A stretch of 34,891 nt of DNA from Hydrurus foetidus (Eukaryota): the NCBI GenBank assembly GCA_900617105.1, contig UYFQ01000153.1, positions 1 through 34,891 of the forward strand, given 5' to 3'. The notes under the pieces are model-generated. The model searched no databases, was not told the origin of the DNA, and saw only the letters and a list, made by a program, of their open reading frames with translations. Numbering within the stretch: position 1 is the stretch's first letter; each line of letters opens with the position of its first letter. Positions 22,891 to 33,912 of this stretch are shown here, one piece after another. A program made the position numbers and the translations under genes.

Positions 22891-24838
22891 ACTGAAAGGC
22901 ATTGAAACTTCTATCGACAATGTAAAAAAACGGAAGTCAAGCAAATGCATGGCAGGATTACATACCAATAATAGTATTAACAATAAAAAGCATTTTGTAA
23001 AAAAGTATATACCTCAACGTAAATTTGTTTTGAATAGTAATAAGATTTTGTCGAAGTATGTAAGTTCTATAAACAAAAGGCAGAAGAACGTAATATCAAA
23101 AACGAAAACATCTAATAATATTGATGATTGCGTTGTAATTGAAAAATTGTCCAAAAATATGTATAATGTTCCAACTTCATCCCAACTTAAAGGTCACGAT
23201 ACTAATCCTGAAATATTAAAAGCAGTAATGTTGCTGTGGGAGAACTCTGGAAGAGGTAAATTTGCTAAATTGAATAATATCTTAATAAACGATAATAAGG
23301 GTAATGATGAAGAATTGTTAGCTAAAAATATTGATGAAATTAAAACCGAATTATCTAAAGAGACATTAACAACAGCTAAAATGGAAATAATTTTGAAGAA
23401 TTTTTTGAAAAAGATGTGCAACAAGAAGAAATTACTCACGTGCGCTTCATGTGGCGAGAGATCTTTCCATTCATTCTATAAAGAAGTTTCAGTTGAAGAT
23501 GACTTAGAAATACTGAAGCTAAATAGTAGTCAAATTGAAGATTATGAAAATTTAAACGAATATAAGCATATAGCATCTGTGGCAAATATACAGAGTACGT
23601 TATATTTTATACATCCTGAATGCGTTACGAAAGAGAAAAATACTTATACAACACATGTGTGTGGATGTTGTTATAGCGATATACGTAAAAATTTAATTCC
23701 TAAATATAGTATCGCTAATGGACATGATTATGGGGATTTTAGAAGAATAAAGAATCTCCAGCCATTAACAATAGTTGAAAAACATTTAATTAGTTGTAAT
23801 AGAATGTATGGTAGTATTTTAAAACTTAAGGATGGAGAAAATCGACAATTAGTTGGCAATATCATAACATTTGAACAAAATGGCCCTGATAAATGTGCAG
23901 AACAATTTAATTTACCTGACGTCGTAGGTATAACAGAAGTTCTCCAAGTTGCATTTCTTGGCACTAAAGAAGAGTTTGAATCGAGACGTAAAGATGTTAT
24001 AATGAGTTGTGGTCAACTTCAAGTTAGATCTACTAATATTTATAACTGGTTAAGAATGCTCAAGAGATGTAATCCTAAATACTGGAATATAGAAATAAAT
24101 GAAAGCGATCAATGTATAGACTTAATGAACAACATAACAAAGAATCTTGTGGATAAAATTCAAATCATTGATAATAAAACACTACTTACAATAGACAAAG
24201 TGATGAGTAATGACATTTCTAAAGTTCGTGAATTAAATATTGATGAAAATATCTCATATGATGATAAAACTAATGAGAATGGATTACATAAAATACCAAT
24301 TTCAAATACAATGTTATTTTCTGAAAGTTTACAAGATAATGAAGAAAATTTAATTAAGAAGACTCTACATGGAGTTGCTAAAACAATATATCCTAAGTTA
24401 ATAAAAGTAGTGCGATTAAGCGATGAACCAATAAACGAATACGAGAACAATAGTAAGTTGTACTTGGGTCTTTTTCCTTACCTTTTTATTTTAGGAAAAT
24501 TTGGTAATGGTATTGCAATAAAGGGAACAATGCCTTCCAAATATATTTTGCATCTCCTAAATCAAAGGTATAATGTAATGATATACTTATGATTAGTTAG
24601 TTGTTAAAAAAAATTATCAGTTATTACAAGTGTTTCTAATATTAATATTATTTTCATATATTTTTACAGAACTTGTGCTTTTGCCCAAGAAACTAAATTG
24701 ATTTTTACAATATTCAATCAAAGACAACGGCACAAAACATCTTCAATTGTCAGTGTAACAGCAAAAAATGATCCTGCACAACTAATAAAATTAGGTGAAA
24801 CACTAACATGTTCCAAATTTAAACTGATAGATGCATGA
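22887..24838 (+). pseudogene. Helitron Rep N-terminal fragment, copy 3
   Basis: Restarts at the position equivalent to 21734 and ends at the same junction as copy 1. Confidence 0.85.
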
Positions 24839-24860
24839 ATTTTTGTGCGTCACTGATCTG

Positions 24861-24953
24861 GTATAACTTTTAACTGTGGGACCGTTTTGGTCATTGTATT
24901 TTGATCGCAATAATCATGATTAAATCAATTTGAATATGGATCTTTTTTTGCAG
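24861..24953 (+). other. Probable 93-nt 5'-UTR intron upstream of the Rep ATG (copy at 21200-21292)
   Basis: G|GTATAA donor identical to that of the coding intron, and a TTTTTTTGCAG acceptor 8 nt before the ATG. Confidence 0.6.
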
Positions 24954-24961
24954 ATTTAAAA

Positions 24962-27900
24962 ATGGATACAAGGAAATCGTCGGAAAGAAAGAGAAAATTT
25001 GATGACTGTTATGATTACGTCGATTACGAAACTCTTTTTAAGAAGTCAAGGAATCGAAGAATTGAGTCGAAGACAATCGCTGTAAACTTCAAAGTATCTG
25101 AAAGCTCTGTTGATTCAATTGGATTAGTTACAATGCCAGAAAAAGCATTCAAAAAGTGCTCCTTACAGAAAACAAAAACATTTATCTCTATACTGAAAGG
25201 CTTCGAGAGCTGCAATATCAAAGATAATAAAAAAAATCGTTCTTTAGAGAAAACTAATAAGTTGCTCGAAGGCTTTCAGAGTTCTAACGAGAAAGATAAT
25301 AATGAAACTACTGAAAGCAGTATTAATAACGAATCAATTAGGCCTGAAATAATGTTCAAAAAAAGTTCTTTAGAGAAAACAAAATCATTTATATGTAAAC
25401 TGAAAGGCATTGAAACTTCTATCGACAATGTAAAAAAACGGAAGTCAAGCAAATGCATGGCAGGATTACATACCAATAATAGTATTAACAATAAAAAGCA
25501 TTTTGTAAAAAAGTATATACCTCAACGTAAATTTGTTTTGAATAGTAATAAGATTTTGTCGAAGTATGTAAGTTCTATAAACAAAAGGCAGAAGAACGTA
25601 ATATCAAAAACGAAAACATCTAATAATATTGATGATTGCGTTGTAATTGAAAAATTGTCCAAAAATATGTATAATGTTCCAACTTCATCCCAACTTAAAG
25701 GTCACGATACTAATCCTGAAATATTAAAAGCAGTAATGTTGCTGTGGGAGAACTCTGGAAGAGGTAAATTTGCTAAATTGAATAATATCTTAATAAACGA
25801 TAATAAGGGTAATGATGAAGAATTGTTAGCTAAAAATATTGATGAAATTAAAACCGAATTATCTAAAGAGACATTAACAACAGCTAAAATGGAAATAATT
25901 TTGAAGAATTTTTTGAAAAAGATGTGCAACAAGAAGAAATTACTCACGTGCGCTTCATGTGGCGAGAGATCTTTCCATTCATTCTATAAAGAAGTTTCAG
26001 TTGAAGATGACTTAGAAATACTGAAGCTAAATAGTAGTCAAATTGAAGATTATGAAAATTTAAACGAATATAAGCATATAGCATCTGTGGCAAATATACA
26101 GAGTACGTTATATTTTATACATCCTGAATGCGTTACGAAAGAGAAAAATACTTATACAACACATGTGTGTGGATGTTGTTATAGCGATATACGTAAAAAT
26201 TTAATTCCTAAATATAGTATCGCTAATGGACATGATTATGGGGATTTTAGAAGAATAAAGAATCTCCAGCCATTAACAATAGTTGAAAAACATTTAATTA
26301 GTTGTAATAGAATGTATGGTAGTATTTTAAAACTTAAGGATGGAGAAAATCGACAATTAGTTGGCAATATCATAACATTTGAACAAAATGGCCCTGATAA
26401 ATGTGCAGAACAATTTAATTTACCTGACGTCGTAGGTATAACAGAAGTTCTCCAAGTTGCATTTCTTGGCACTAAAGAAGAGTTTGAATCGAGACGTAAA
26501 GATGTTATAATGAGTTGTGGTCAACTTCAAGTTAGATCTACTAATATTTATAACTGGTTAAGAATGCTCAAGAGATGTAATCCTAAATACTGGAATATAG
26601 AAATAAATGAAAGCGATCAATGTATAGACTTAATGAACAACATAACAAAGAATCTTGTGGATAAAATTCAAATCATTGATAATAAAACACTACTTACAAT
26701 AGACAAAGTGATGAGTAATGACATTTCTAAAGTTCGTGAATTAAATATTGATGAAAATATCTCATATGATGATAAAACTAATGAGAATGGATTACATAAA
26801 ATACCAATTTCAAATACAATGTTATTTTCTGAAAGTTTACAAGATAATGAAGAAAATTTAATTAAGAAGACTCTACATGGAGTTGCTAAAACAATATATC
26901 CTAAGTTAATAAAAGTAGTGCGATTAAGCGATGAACCAATAAACGAATACGAGAACAATAGTAAGTTGTACTTGGGTCTTTTTCCTTACCTTTTTATTTT
27001 AGGAAAATTTGGTAATGGTATTGCAATAAAGGGAACAATGCCTTCCAAATATATTTTGCATCTCCTAAATCAAAGGTATAATGTAATGATATACTTATGA
27101 TTAGTTAGTTGTTAAAAAATTTTATCAGTTATTACAAGTGTTTCTAATATTAATATTATTTTCATATATTTTTACAGAACTTGTGCTTTTGCCCAAGAAA
27201 CTAAATTGATTTTTACATTATTCAATCAAAGACAACGGCACAAAACATCTTCAATTGTCAGTGTAACAGCAAAAAATGATCCTGCACAACTAATAAAATT
27301 AGGTGAAACACTAACATGTTCCAAATTTAAAGTCAGCTTAGAAAAAAGTATACAGAATCCCCATGGAAAAGAAGCTAAATATACATTAAAGATGATAAAT
27401 TCGCTTCTAAAAGTAAACGGTGGAAAAATAATTGGTTCACCAGCTGAAAGAAAAGTAGCTATAAGTACAATAATATCGATGGTTCAATTTTATGGTTGCC
27501 CAAGTGTATTCTTTACATTTGCACCTGACGACATACATTCAGTACTTACATTGAGAATTTCTTGTCCAACAAAAAATGGAAATAATGAATTTCCGGCTGT
27601 TGATGGTGGCTTCGAAAACTTCCTACAAAATAAACATAATAATAAAGATTTGTCAATAATCATGGACGATCAAATCGATATTTCAGAATATAATTTAAAT
27701 AAGTTATTAAGTAAGAATCCAGTCGCAGCTGCTTATGTATTCAAAATAACACTTGAAACAATATTTGAAGTTTTATTTGGAATAGTTCCAGATTATTTAT
27801 CCAAAATTACTGTACCTATCTCAAGTAGGTTCCAGGGAATTTTTGGACAAACTAAAGCAGCCTATACTGTAACGGAGGTTCAAGGTCGCCTTAGCCTTCA

Positions 27901-28293
27901 TGGTCATATGACTGTTTGGACTGTACTATCCCCTACTGTAATTCAACAATGCATACAATGTAAAAGACTTGTTGATTCAGTTAAGGAAGTTATTCTATCT
28001 CAAATTTCTTCTAGCATACCTTTAGAATATCATATGAAGGCAATCAATCGGCAGGCAACTCCATCTGCACAACGTTCTCCTAGTGATCCTCCAAGATCTT
28101 TTTTTGATTCACCTTTGCCAATCGCAAGTATTAAGGAATTCAATGATCACGTATATAACGTTGTCAACTCAACAGCAGTACATCAACATTCAGATACCTG
28201 TATTAAAGGTCCTTTAGGTCATGTAGGATGTAGATTGTCTTATCCGTCCGATTGTACTTCTGGAAAAAGTATTGAAATTAATGAACTTAAAAT
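24962..28293 (+). CDS. Helitron Rep(-helicase) N-terminal ~1076 aa; exons 24962-27075 and 27178-28293; cut by the Copia insertion
   Basis: CASC/CGCC pairs, ANG..G..LTIVEKHLI (DUF6570-like), FPYLF..G, YGCPSVFFTFAPDD, NPVAAA..F, GIFG, EVQGRLSLHGH (HUH at 27899-27907) and HQHSDTCIKG..CRLSYP. Splicing joins the two ORFs in frame (NQR|TCAFAQ). Confidence 0.9.
27076..27177 (+). other. 102-nt GT-AG intron in the Rep gene (also present in copies 1 and 3)
   Basis: AG|GTATAA...CTAAT...TTTTTACAG|A. Its removal restores the frame and removes the stop. Confidence 0.88.
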
Positions 28294-28812
28294 TGTTGTG
28301 AGTGTCCACGGGTTTGCACGAAGTCGGGAGGACATATCGTGGATGGCCAAATGAAGATGGGAATGTTTGGTTAGTTAATTCGATTTAAGAATTAGAAACT
28401 GGCACGGAGGCCACAAAGCATAAAATCATGTTGCACATCATTTCTACCTGCCGTACAATAATAAGATCTCAGACGTCATGCGCATGCATTTTGACTGGCT
28501 CTCGCAGGTTTATATCTACGTTGTTGTATAGGCGAGATAGTAACTATTCAACTGTAACAATGACGTATGTACTAAAAGCTAGACTTTTGGTACCAAGTAC
28601 CGGATAAATACTATACAGCTGTGGTTATTATGGTGTAACAATGGCAATATACGTGATACGAATTGGCATTGAGGAAGCGACTTGGTGCACATTGCACACC
28701 AATAACAATCTACAAAATGTGTTTACTTATGATATCCTATCATGCTAATTGTTGATTATACAAATGGTAATATACAGCTATAACTAGCACTTATCGCTGT
28801 TATATACCGACA
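28294..28812 (-). repeat. 3' LTR of the Copia element (519 bp)
   Basis: The minus strand reads TGTCGG...CAACA, preceded by the PPT-like GATTACGGGGTG (28813-28824). Helitron homology stops at its edge. Confidence 0.85.
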
Positions 28813-28858
28813 CACCCCGTAATCATCAATTGCTTTATATTATTTTCTTAGAAGTCAT

Positions 28859-29105
28859 CATGTCGTCTCTGATCAAACAATCATGAGCTTATGTAACTAT
28901 CTTATGTCATCTTTGATTAGACAATCATAATATTTAATTTTAATATTACTTAATATGCATGTCATCTCTGATCAGATAATCATGATATATTTACTTATAT
29001 TTTATTTTATTTTTGTATTCATGTTATCTCTGATCAGATAATCATTATATTTTATATTTTATATTTCTGTTTGGATTCATGTCATCTCTGATTAAACAAT
29101 CATGA
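28859..29105. repeat. Five 28-bp imperfect repeats with unique AT-rich spacers in the Copia 3' UTR
   Basis: Consensus CATGTCATCTCTGATCAGAYAATCATGA at 28859, 28903, 28958, 29020 and 29078; spacers are 16, 27, 34 and 30 bp. Confidence 0.9.
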
Positions 29106-29118
29106 TATCCGGAACTCT

Positions 29119-32100
29119 TTACTTTGACATTTTGTCACTGTGCTTTACTTTTATTACTCTCAATGATTTGTCAACAATCTCATTTGTTAACTTTTCAAAT
29201 ACTTGTTTTGTTACTCTCTTTGTCCCAATATCTGAATTATTATCAGATGATGCTATTTTGACTAGCACACACGTTCCATCGGCATATTTTTCTTTTAGGA
29301 AGTTCTCAGTTATTTCTAAGTGACGTAGTCCTCTTGTCATATGTGTAATTATTGATGCATCTACACATGCCTTATTGTCTTCTTCAATTCTCGTGGGTGC
29401 CTGTAACCAACCCATTTGGTTCAGCATTCCACGGTTTGCTATCACCTCAGCCTTAAGAGTGTGATTCACCGCTTTTATTTCCGATTCTGCTGTTGACGTT
29501 GATATGCTGCCCTGATCTGTTGAGCACCAGCATATTAATGATGGACCTAAATATCCGAGATATGATGTCTGCGAATGTAGGTTATCAAGATTGCCTGCTA
29601 AGTCAGCATCGCATTGAAATCTCAACTGAAGAAACTCAGTCATTGTCTTGATGTCTTTTGGACCATCATGAGTCTTAAACTTTAATCTATCTGATTTTGA
29701 CATTTTAACATATCTTAGTAAATGTTTAGCAAATTCTATATGTCGTGGTCCAGGATTGTTACCGTATCGGGACAATACATTTAGTGCGTACATTATTGAC
29801 ACTAATGTATGTACCATACCATACATTAACTGACCGACAACTCTACGATATGGAAATTTGCTACACTCAGATAATTGTGCAGGAGATGCATTGTCTAATT
29901 TGGATAGACTAGTTTTGTCTAGCGGATATGGTAATGATTCATCTTTCGCGTTTTTCATTCCAATACCGTCTATAATTTCTTCAACCATTCTTGTTTGATC
30001 CATAAAATAATTAAAGTTCTCATCACATGTGATACGGATTCCAACAAATTCTTTATCTGAACAGTCTGTCACTTTATATTTGTGTTTATTAAAATTCTTT
30101 AGTAAAGCATCCCACTCATTTAAATCTTTCTTGTCTCCAAACCAGCGAAAGTCATCGCTATGTACTATTAGAATTATTATTCTTTCTTCTTTCCATTTGT
30201 GAAATAGTTTTGGATCCCATGGAGTATTCTTGTATCCACATTCTTTGACACACATGTCTAACTTAATACTGAAATTTCTTCCTGAATTGGGATTCCCGTA
30301 TACATTTCCTAATGATTGGATGCACATTCCTTCAGGAATACTGTATCCTTCTGGAGTCTTAATGAATATTGGATAAGCTTCATTTGCTCTTGTAACTAAA
30401 TAAGCACCTTCCAAATCTCCACCCCGCATTGTGCATTTATATGCAGCAGCAATAGCTACGGCAATTTTGATTGATGTTGCTGATACATTGCCACAATACA
30501 CATCATTTGGATGGTAGTGGACGTATGGCTTCATTAAATCACCCCGTGCTACAAGGCGCGCTTTCAGTGTGCCATCAGTTTTGATGTTGAATAGCCACAT
30601 CATTGATACGAGTTGTTGTCCATTATATGGAACAACTGTGAAACAATCATTTTTGTCAAATTTTTCACATTCCTTATCTATTGCAGCTTTCCAAGCTGGT
30701 ATATGTACTGCTTGTTTGAAACATTTGGGTACACGAGGATCGATTGGTACACCTAACTTTGAGTAGTGTTGTGTCTCACACATACTTAGAGCGTATTCTT
30801 CATTTCTTACATTCATATTATACCAATATACAGGATCATTATTTTCATCTGTGTATGGCATATTGACTATATTAATATTATTCTCATTTGTGTCTTCAAA
30901 AGGAATAGGTTCATTTCTATTTTGTTCTGCTAAGACATTTGCTCTTTCTGGGAAGTCAGGCTCGAATGTTTCTCCAGCTGGTTCAACATATGGTTGAGCC
31001 AATTCTCCCTGGAGTTCATCGGGTGCTGTCTTTCGATGTAAGAATGGTACATAATGATCTGTGTATACGAATTCACGATCGTACGGTTCTTCATCATTGG
31101 TGTATATACTAAAGTCTATTGTTGGGTCAAATATTACGTCTTTACTTTCACGGATTCGTCCATATTTACCATTTTCATACGGAATTACGAAGTAGTTAGG
31201 AAAAAGAAGGAATGTATTTGAGTAACCACAAAACTTAGCTTTATACGCTCTTCTTGCACCTAATTTGACACGTTCAGCTAGAGGTATGAATACATAGCAT
31301 GACGACCAAAAAGGTTGTAAGTACTTTATATTAATTGGTTGTCCCGTTATTTTCATATATGGGGATGTTCCTATTACTTTTGAGAAATTATATGATGCAG
31401 TGTCGCAAGCATATGTCATTGCCAAATCCCAATATATTTGAGGGACTGGATTATCTGGGCTAAGCATTGCAACATTTGTTTTTGCTACAATTACTCCTAC
31501 AGCTCTTTCAGCTACACCACCAGCATGTTTGTCTCTTGGTGGTGTGCGTTCAAGTTGATATCCTTTTGAACTAACAAATGCTGAGAATTCATTCGATCTA
31601 TAATTTCTTTCTGGGTCAAGTCGAATGAACCGACGAGTATCGGTATCATGGACATATTGCCATTCAGGGTGTTGATTAAATAATTTTAAACTCTGAGCAC
31701 ATAATTCATGAGCTGACCTATCTTTAGTGTATACCGGATAACAACGACGCGTTGCTAAATCCGTATAAATATCACAATGTTTATATTCTCTTGCAGAATA
31801 GCAATTGTGCTGGTATGCATCCAGAGAAAAACATTGTCCTGGTTTAACAGGAAGATCTCTATGTTCTCTTCTGTGGTCAGTCCCAGTTTGATGCATGGTG
31901 CCATATACGCAACCTTTGCATGGACCGCGTTGTTTGTTTGCATCCTCTTCAGTAAATTTTGCATTTGTAGAATTCTTTAGATGCCATAACATTCCAATAT
32001 TTCCGGGATGTCCGGTAACCATGTGTACATGGTCATATAATGACACGGGTTTAAATTGTGTCAAATATAAACTTGCTGGAATATTTGTTTTTATTATTGT

Positions 32101-33912
32101 TTCTTTACAACTAGGAGAAGGTGTTGTTTTAACTATGTCTTTGTTACTAACAACTTTATTGATTACTTTTTCTTCATTTTGATTATATACATATACACCA
32201 TTTGATATGTAACCACGAATAATTTCAATTCCTAATTTATCTATTAATGCCAATGCTTCTCTAATAGATTCTATTGAAAAACATCTCATTCCTTCTGATG
32301 TAAAGATAACAACATTTTGTGATCCAGATATTCCGCCATTACATAGTTGGGATATTGAAATTAATGTTTCTTTCATCCCTTCCATAAGTATAATGTCGAG
32401 ACCCAATGGTCCATATAGTCCTGTCGCTTTTGATTCTATGGCGGGACCGAAAGCTGGAGTTGCTTTGATACCCTGACCATATATTATGTGACGGAGTAGT
32501 GTAGGATCAGATGTGGCACATGTTGACGCACCAGAGTCGAATATTATTTGCCCTTGCATTTTCATTGATTTAATATTATGATTTATTCTTAGAGATTTCA
32601 ATTGTTTTTCTATTGGTTGAATATCAGGACTTTCATTTTCATTTGATTTGTTCATATTGTCATTATCTTCAGATTCATTTAACCTTAATCTTTTGGAATC
32701 ATGTTCTTTTACTAAACTTTCAAATTTATTTTTATATCTAAGTTGTCTTTCTTCCACATTTTCATTCTCATTTTCATCATCATCATCACTAATATCTTTT
32801 TCAAATTCTGTTATTGCATCTTTATATACTACATGTTCTTCACTTTCATTTATATTACTATCTAATTCGGGTTCTGGTTCTGGTTGATTCACATCATATC
32901 CTTTTATGTGTCTGTATTTTCCAAGCTTCTCATAATCTACAATTCTTACACCTCCAACATATTCAATGTATTTGGGTGTTTCAATATTAAATGGAGGTGA
33001 TTTAACAGATTCCATTGATATTGGACTATCAGGAATATCAACTCTATCATATGACATATCACTTGATTCAGTATCACTTTGATCTGATGTATGTATATAC
33101 ATTGGAGACAATTCTTCTGTTGTTCTTGTTACTACATCTACATCAAATATCGGGGATTGAGCTCTGTCATATAAGACTGTTATCATTGGTCTTTTTACCA
33201 CGTCTTTTGATGTTTGATGGGAATGTATTAATTCATCCAATTCATTTGTTAATTTTGATGACAATGTTCTTTTTACCAAGTCATTAATTGGTCTTACTAA
33301 TCTTGCTATTACTAAGAATGCATCTCTGATTCCAAACATAACAAACGATGGATCATTTTCTTTAAGTATATCCATTTTTAGTGATCTTCTTAATAAGTCT
33401 TCTTTATCTAGATTTGATTTCTCGTGGTAATATCCAACATGTTGTCCCGCAAATGCGATAAAATCGAATATGATTGCGTGCAAAACTGTATCAATGAATA
33501 ATGTATTATTAATTACTTCATTGTATTGTGTATATTGATCAAGACGTTTTATTACTTCCGCATATTCACTAACACAAGTCATTTGAGACCAATAGTGTCC
33601 TGGTCTAGTTGAAGGAATATATTTTTCCGTCACCCCGTCAATACAGTATGGATTGAATTTCATAAAGTGTTGAGGTCCGGCCTTTTCATCAGCAGGAGGG
33701 AGAACTATACATGCTTGTAATAGTGTAGCTCCTATCTGATACATCAAGTGCATCCATTTAACTGTTGGAGTGCGGATATCCTTTCTACGTGTAGTAGATG
33801 GATTTTTATGCCACCCAAAAAGATCAGTGTACTGATTTGCTCTTTCTTGATTAGTCTTTAATTGTTCTTTTGTTTTTGAATAAAAAGATAAGGAACTATT
33901 GTTGTTGCAGGA
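29119..33912 (-). CDS. pol: Copia pol polyprotein (frame open from 33912; first ATG 33753)
   Basis: Protease IIFDSGAST (DSG at 32530-32538); HMVTGH..CKGC; integrase FSLDAY..IRLDPE..GVAERAV; RT LKARLVARGD..GDLEGAYL..VYG..IVHSDDF; RNase H CDADLAG..STAESEI..EEDNKA..SDIGTK. There are no internal stops. Confidence 0.95.
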   Translation of the reverse strand, partial: SCNNNSSLSFYSKTKEQLKTNQERANQYTDLFGWHKNPSTTRRKDIRTPTVKWMHLMYQIGATLLQACIVLPPADEKAGPQHFMKFNPYCIDGVTEKYIPSTRPGHYWSQMTCVSEYAEVIKRLDQYTQYNEVINNTLFIDTVLHAIIFDFIAFAGQHVGYYHEKSNLDKEDLLRRSLKMDILKENDPSFVMFGIRDAFLVIARLVRPINDLVKRTLSSKLTNELDELIHSHQTSKDVVKRPMITVLYDRAQSPIFDVDVVTRTTEELSPMYIHTSDQSDTESSDMSYDRVDIPDSPISMESVKSPPFNIETPKYIEYVGGVRIVDYEKLGKYRHIKGYDVNQPEPEPELDSNINESEEHVVYKDAITEFEKDISDDDDENENENVEERQLRYKNKFESLVKEHDSKRLRLNESEDNDNMNKSNENESPDIQPIEKQLKSLRINHNIKSMKMQGQIIFDSGASTCATSDPTLLRHIIYGQGIKATPAFGPAIESKATGLYGPLGLDIILMEGMKETLISISQLCNGGISGSQNVVIFTSEGMRCFSIESIREALALIDKLGIEIIRGYISNGVYVYNQNEEKVINKVVSNKDIVKTTPSPSCKETIIKTNIPASLYLTQFKPVSLYDHVHMVTGHPGNIGMLWHLKNSTNAKFTEEDANKQRGPCKGCVYGTMHQTGTDHRREHRDLPVKPGQCFSLDAYQHNCYSAREYKHCDIYTDLATRRCYPVYTKDRSAHELCAQSLKLFNQHPEWQYVHDTDTRRFIRLDPERNYRSNEFSAFVSSKGYQLERTPPRDKHAGGVAERAVGVIVAKTNVAMLSPDNPVPQIYWDLAMTYACDTASYNFSKVIGTSPYMKITGQPINIKYLQPFWSSCYVFIPLAERVKLGARRAYKAKFCGYSNTFLLFPNYFVIPYENGKYGRIRESKDVIFDPTIDFSIYTNDEEPYDREFVYTDHYVPFLHRKTAPDELQGELAQPYVEPAGETFEPDFPERANVLAEQNRNEPIPFEDTNENNINIVNMPYTDENNDPVYWYNMNVRNEEYALSMCETQHYSKLGVPIDPRVPKCFKQAVHIPAWKAAIDKECEKFDKNDCFTVVPYNGQQLVSMMWLFNIKTDGTLKARLVARGDLMKPYVHYHPNDVYCGNVSATSIKIAVAIAAAYKCTMRGGDLEGAYLVTRANEAYPIFIKTPEGYSIPEGMCIQSLGNVYGNPNSGRNFSIKLDMCVKECGYKNTPWDPKLFHKWKEERIIILIVHSDDFRWFGDKKDLNEWDALLKNFNKHKYKVTDCSDKEFVGIRITCDENFNYFMDQTRMVEEIIDGIGMKNAKDESLPYPLDKTSLSKLDNASPAQLSECSKFPYRRVVGQLMYGMVHTLVSIMYALNVLSRYGNNPGPRHIEFAKHLLRYVKMSKSDRLKFKTHDGPKDIKTMTEFLQLRFQCDADLAGNLDNLHSQTSYLGYLGPSLICWCSTDQGSISTSTAESEIKAVNHTLKAEVIANRGMLNQMGWLQAPTRIEEDNKACVDASIITHMTRGLRHLEITENFLKEKYADGTCVLVKIASSDNNSDIGTKRVTKQVFEKLTNEIVDKSLRVIKVKHSDKMSK

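Larger units (their letters stand above)
19376..28293 (+). mobile_element. Helitron/Helentron-type rolling-circle transposon: tandemly duplicated 5' part, interrupted at 28294
   Basis: Four near-identical segments (19376-21162, 21163-22886, 22887-24823, 24824-28293) with offsets of 2508 and 1153 bp. The last segment reaches the HUH Rep motifs. Confidence 0.9.

Noticed and set aside
19533..26958. Recurrent minus-strand ORFs of 65-96 aa
   Set aside because: They are antisense shadows of the duplicated Rep ORF.
27076..27100. Rep protein ending YNVMIYL* and a separate gene at 27206
   Set aside because: This is read-through into an intron; splicing joins the two ORFs.
4592..28293. Fanzor/TnpB cargo in the DNA transposons or Helitron
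   Set aside because: No RuvC motifs with the C-terminal CxxC arrangement were seen; the CxxC pairs present belong to the Helitron Rep N-terminus.
28294..28354. C-terminal VVSVHGFARSREDISWMAK of the 382-aa ORF
   Set aside because: It is read-through into the Copia LTR.
28859..29105. True CRISPR array
   Set aside because: Eukaryotic retrotransposon context, no cas genes, degenerate repeats, and low-complexity spacers of variable length.
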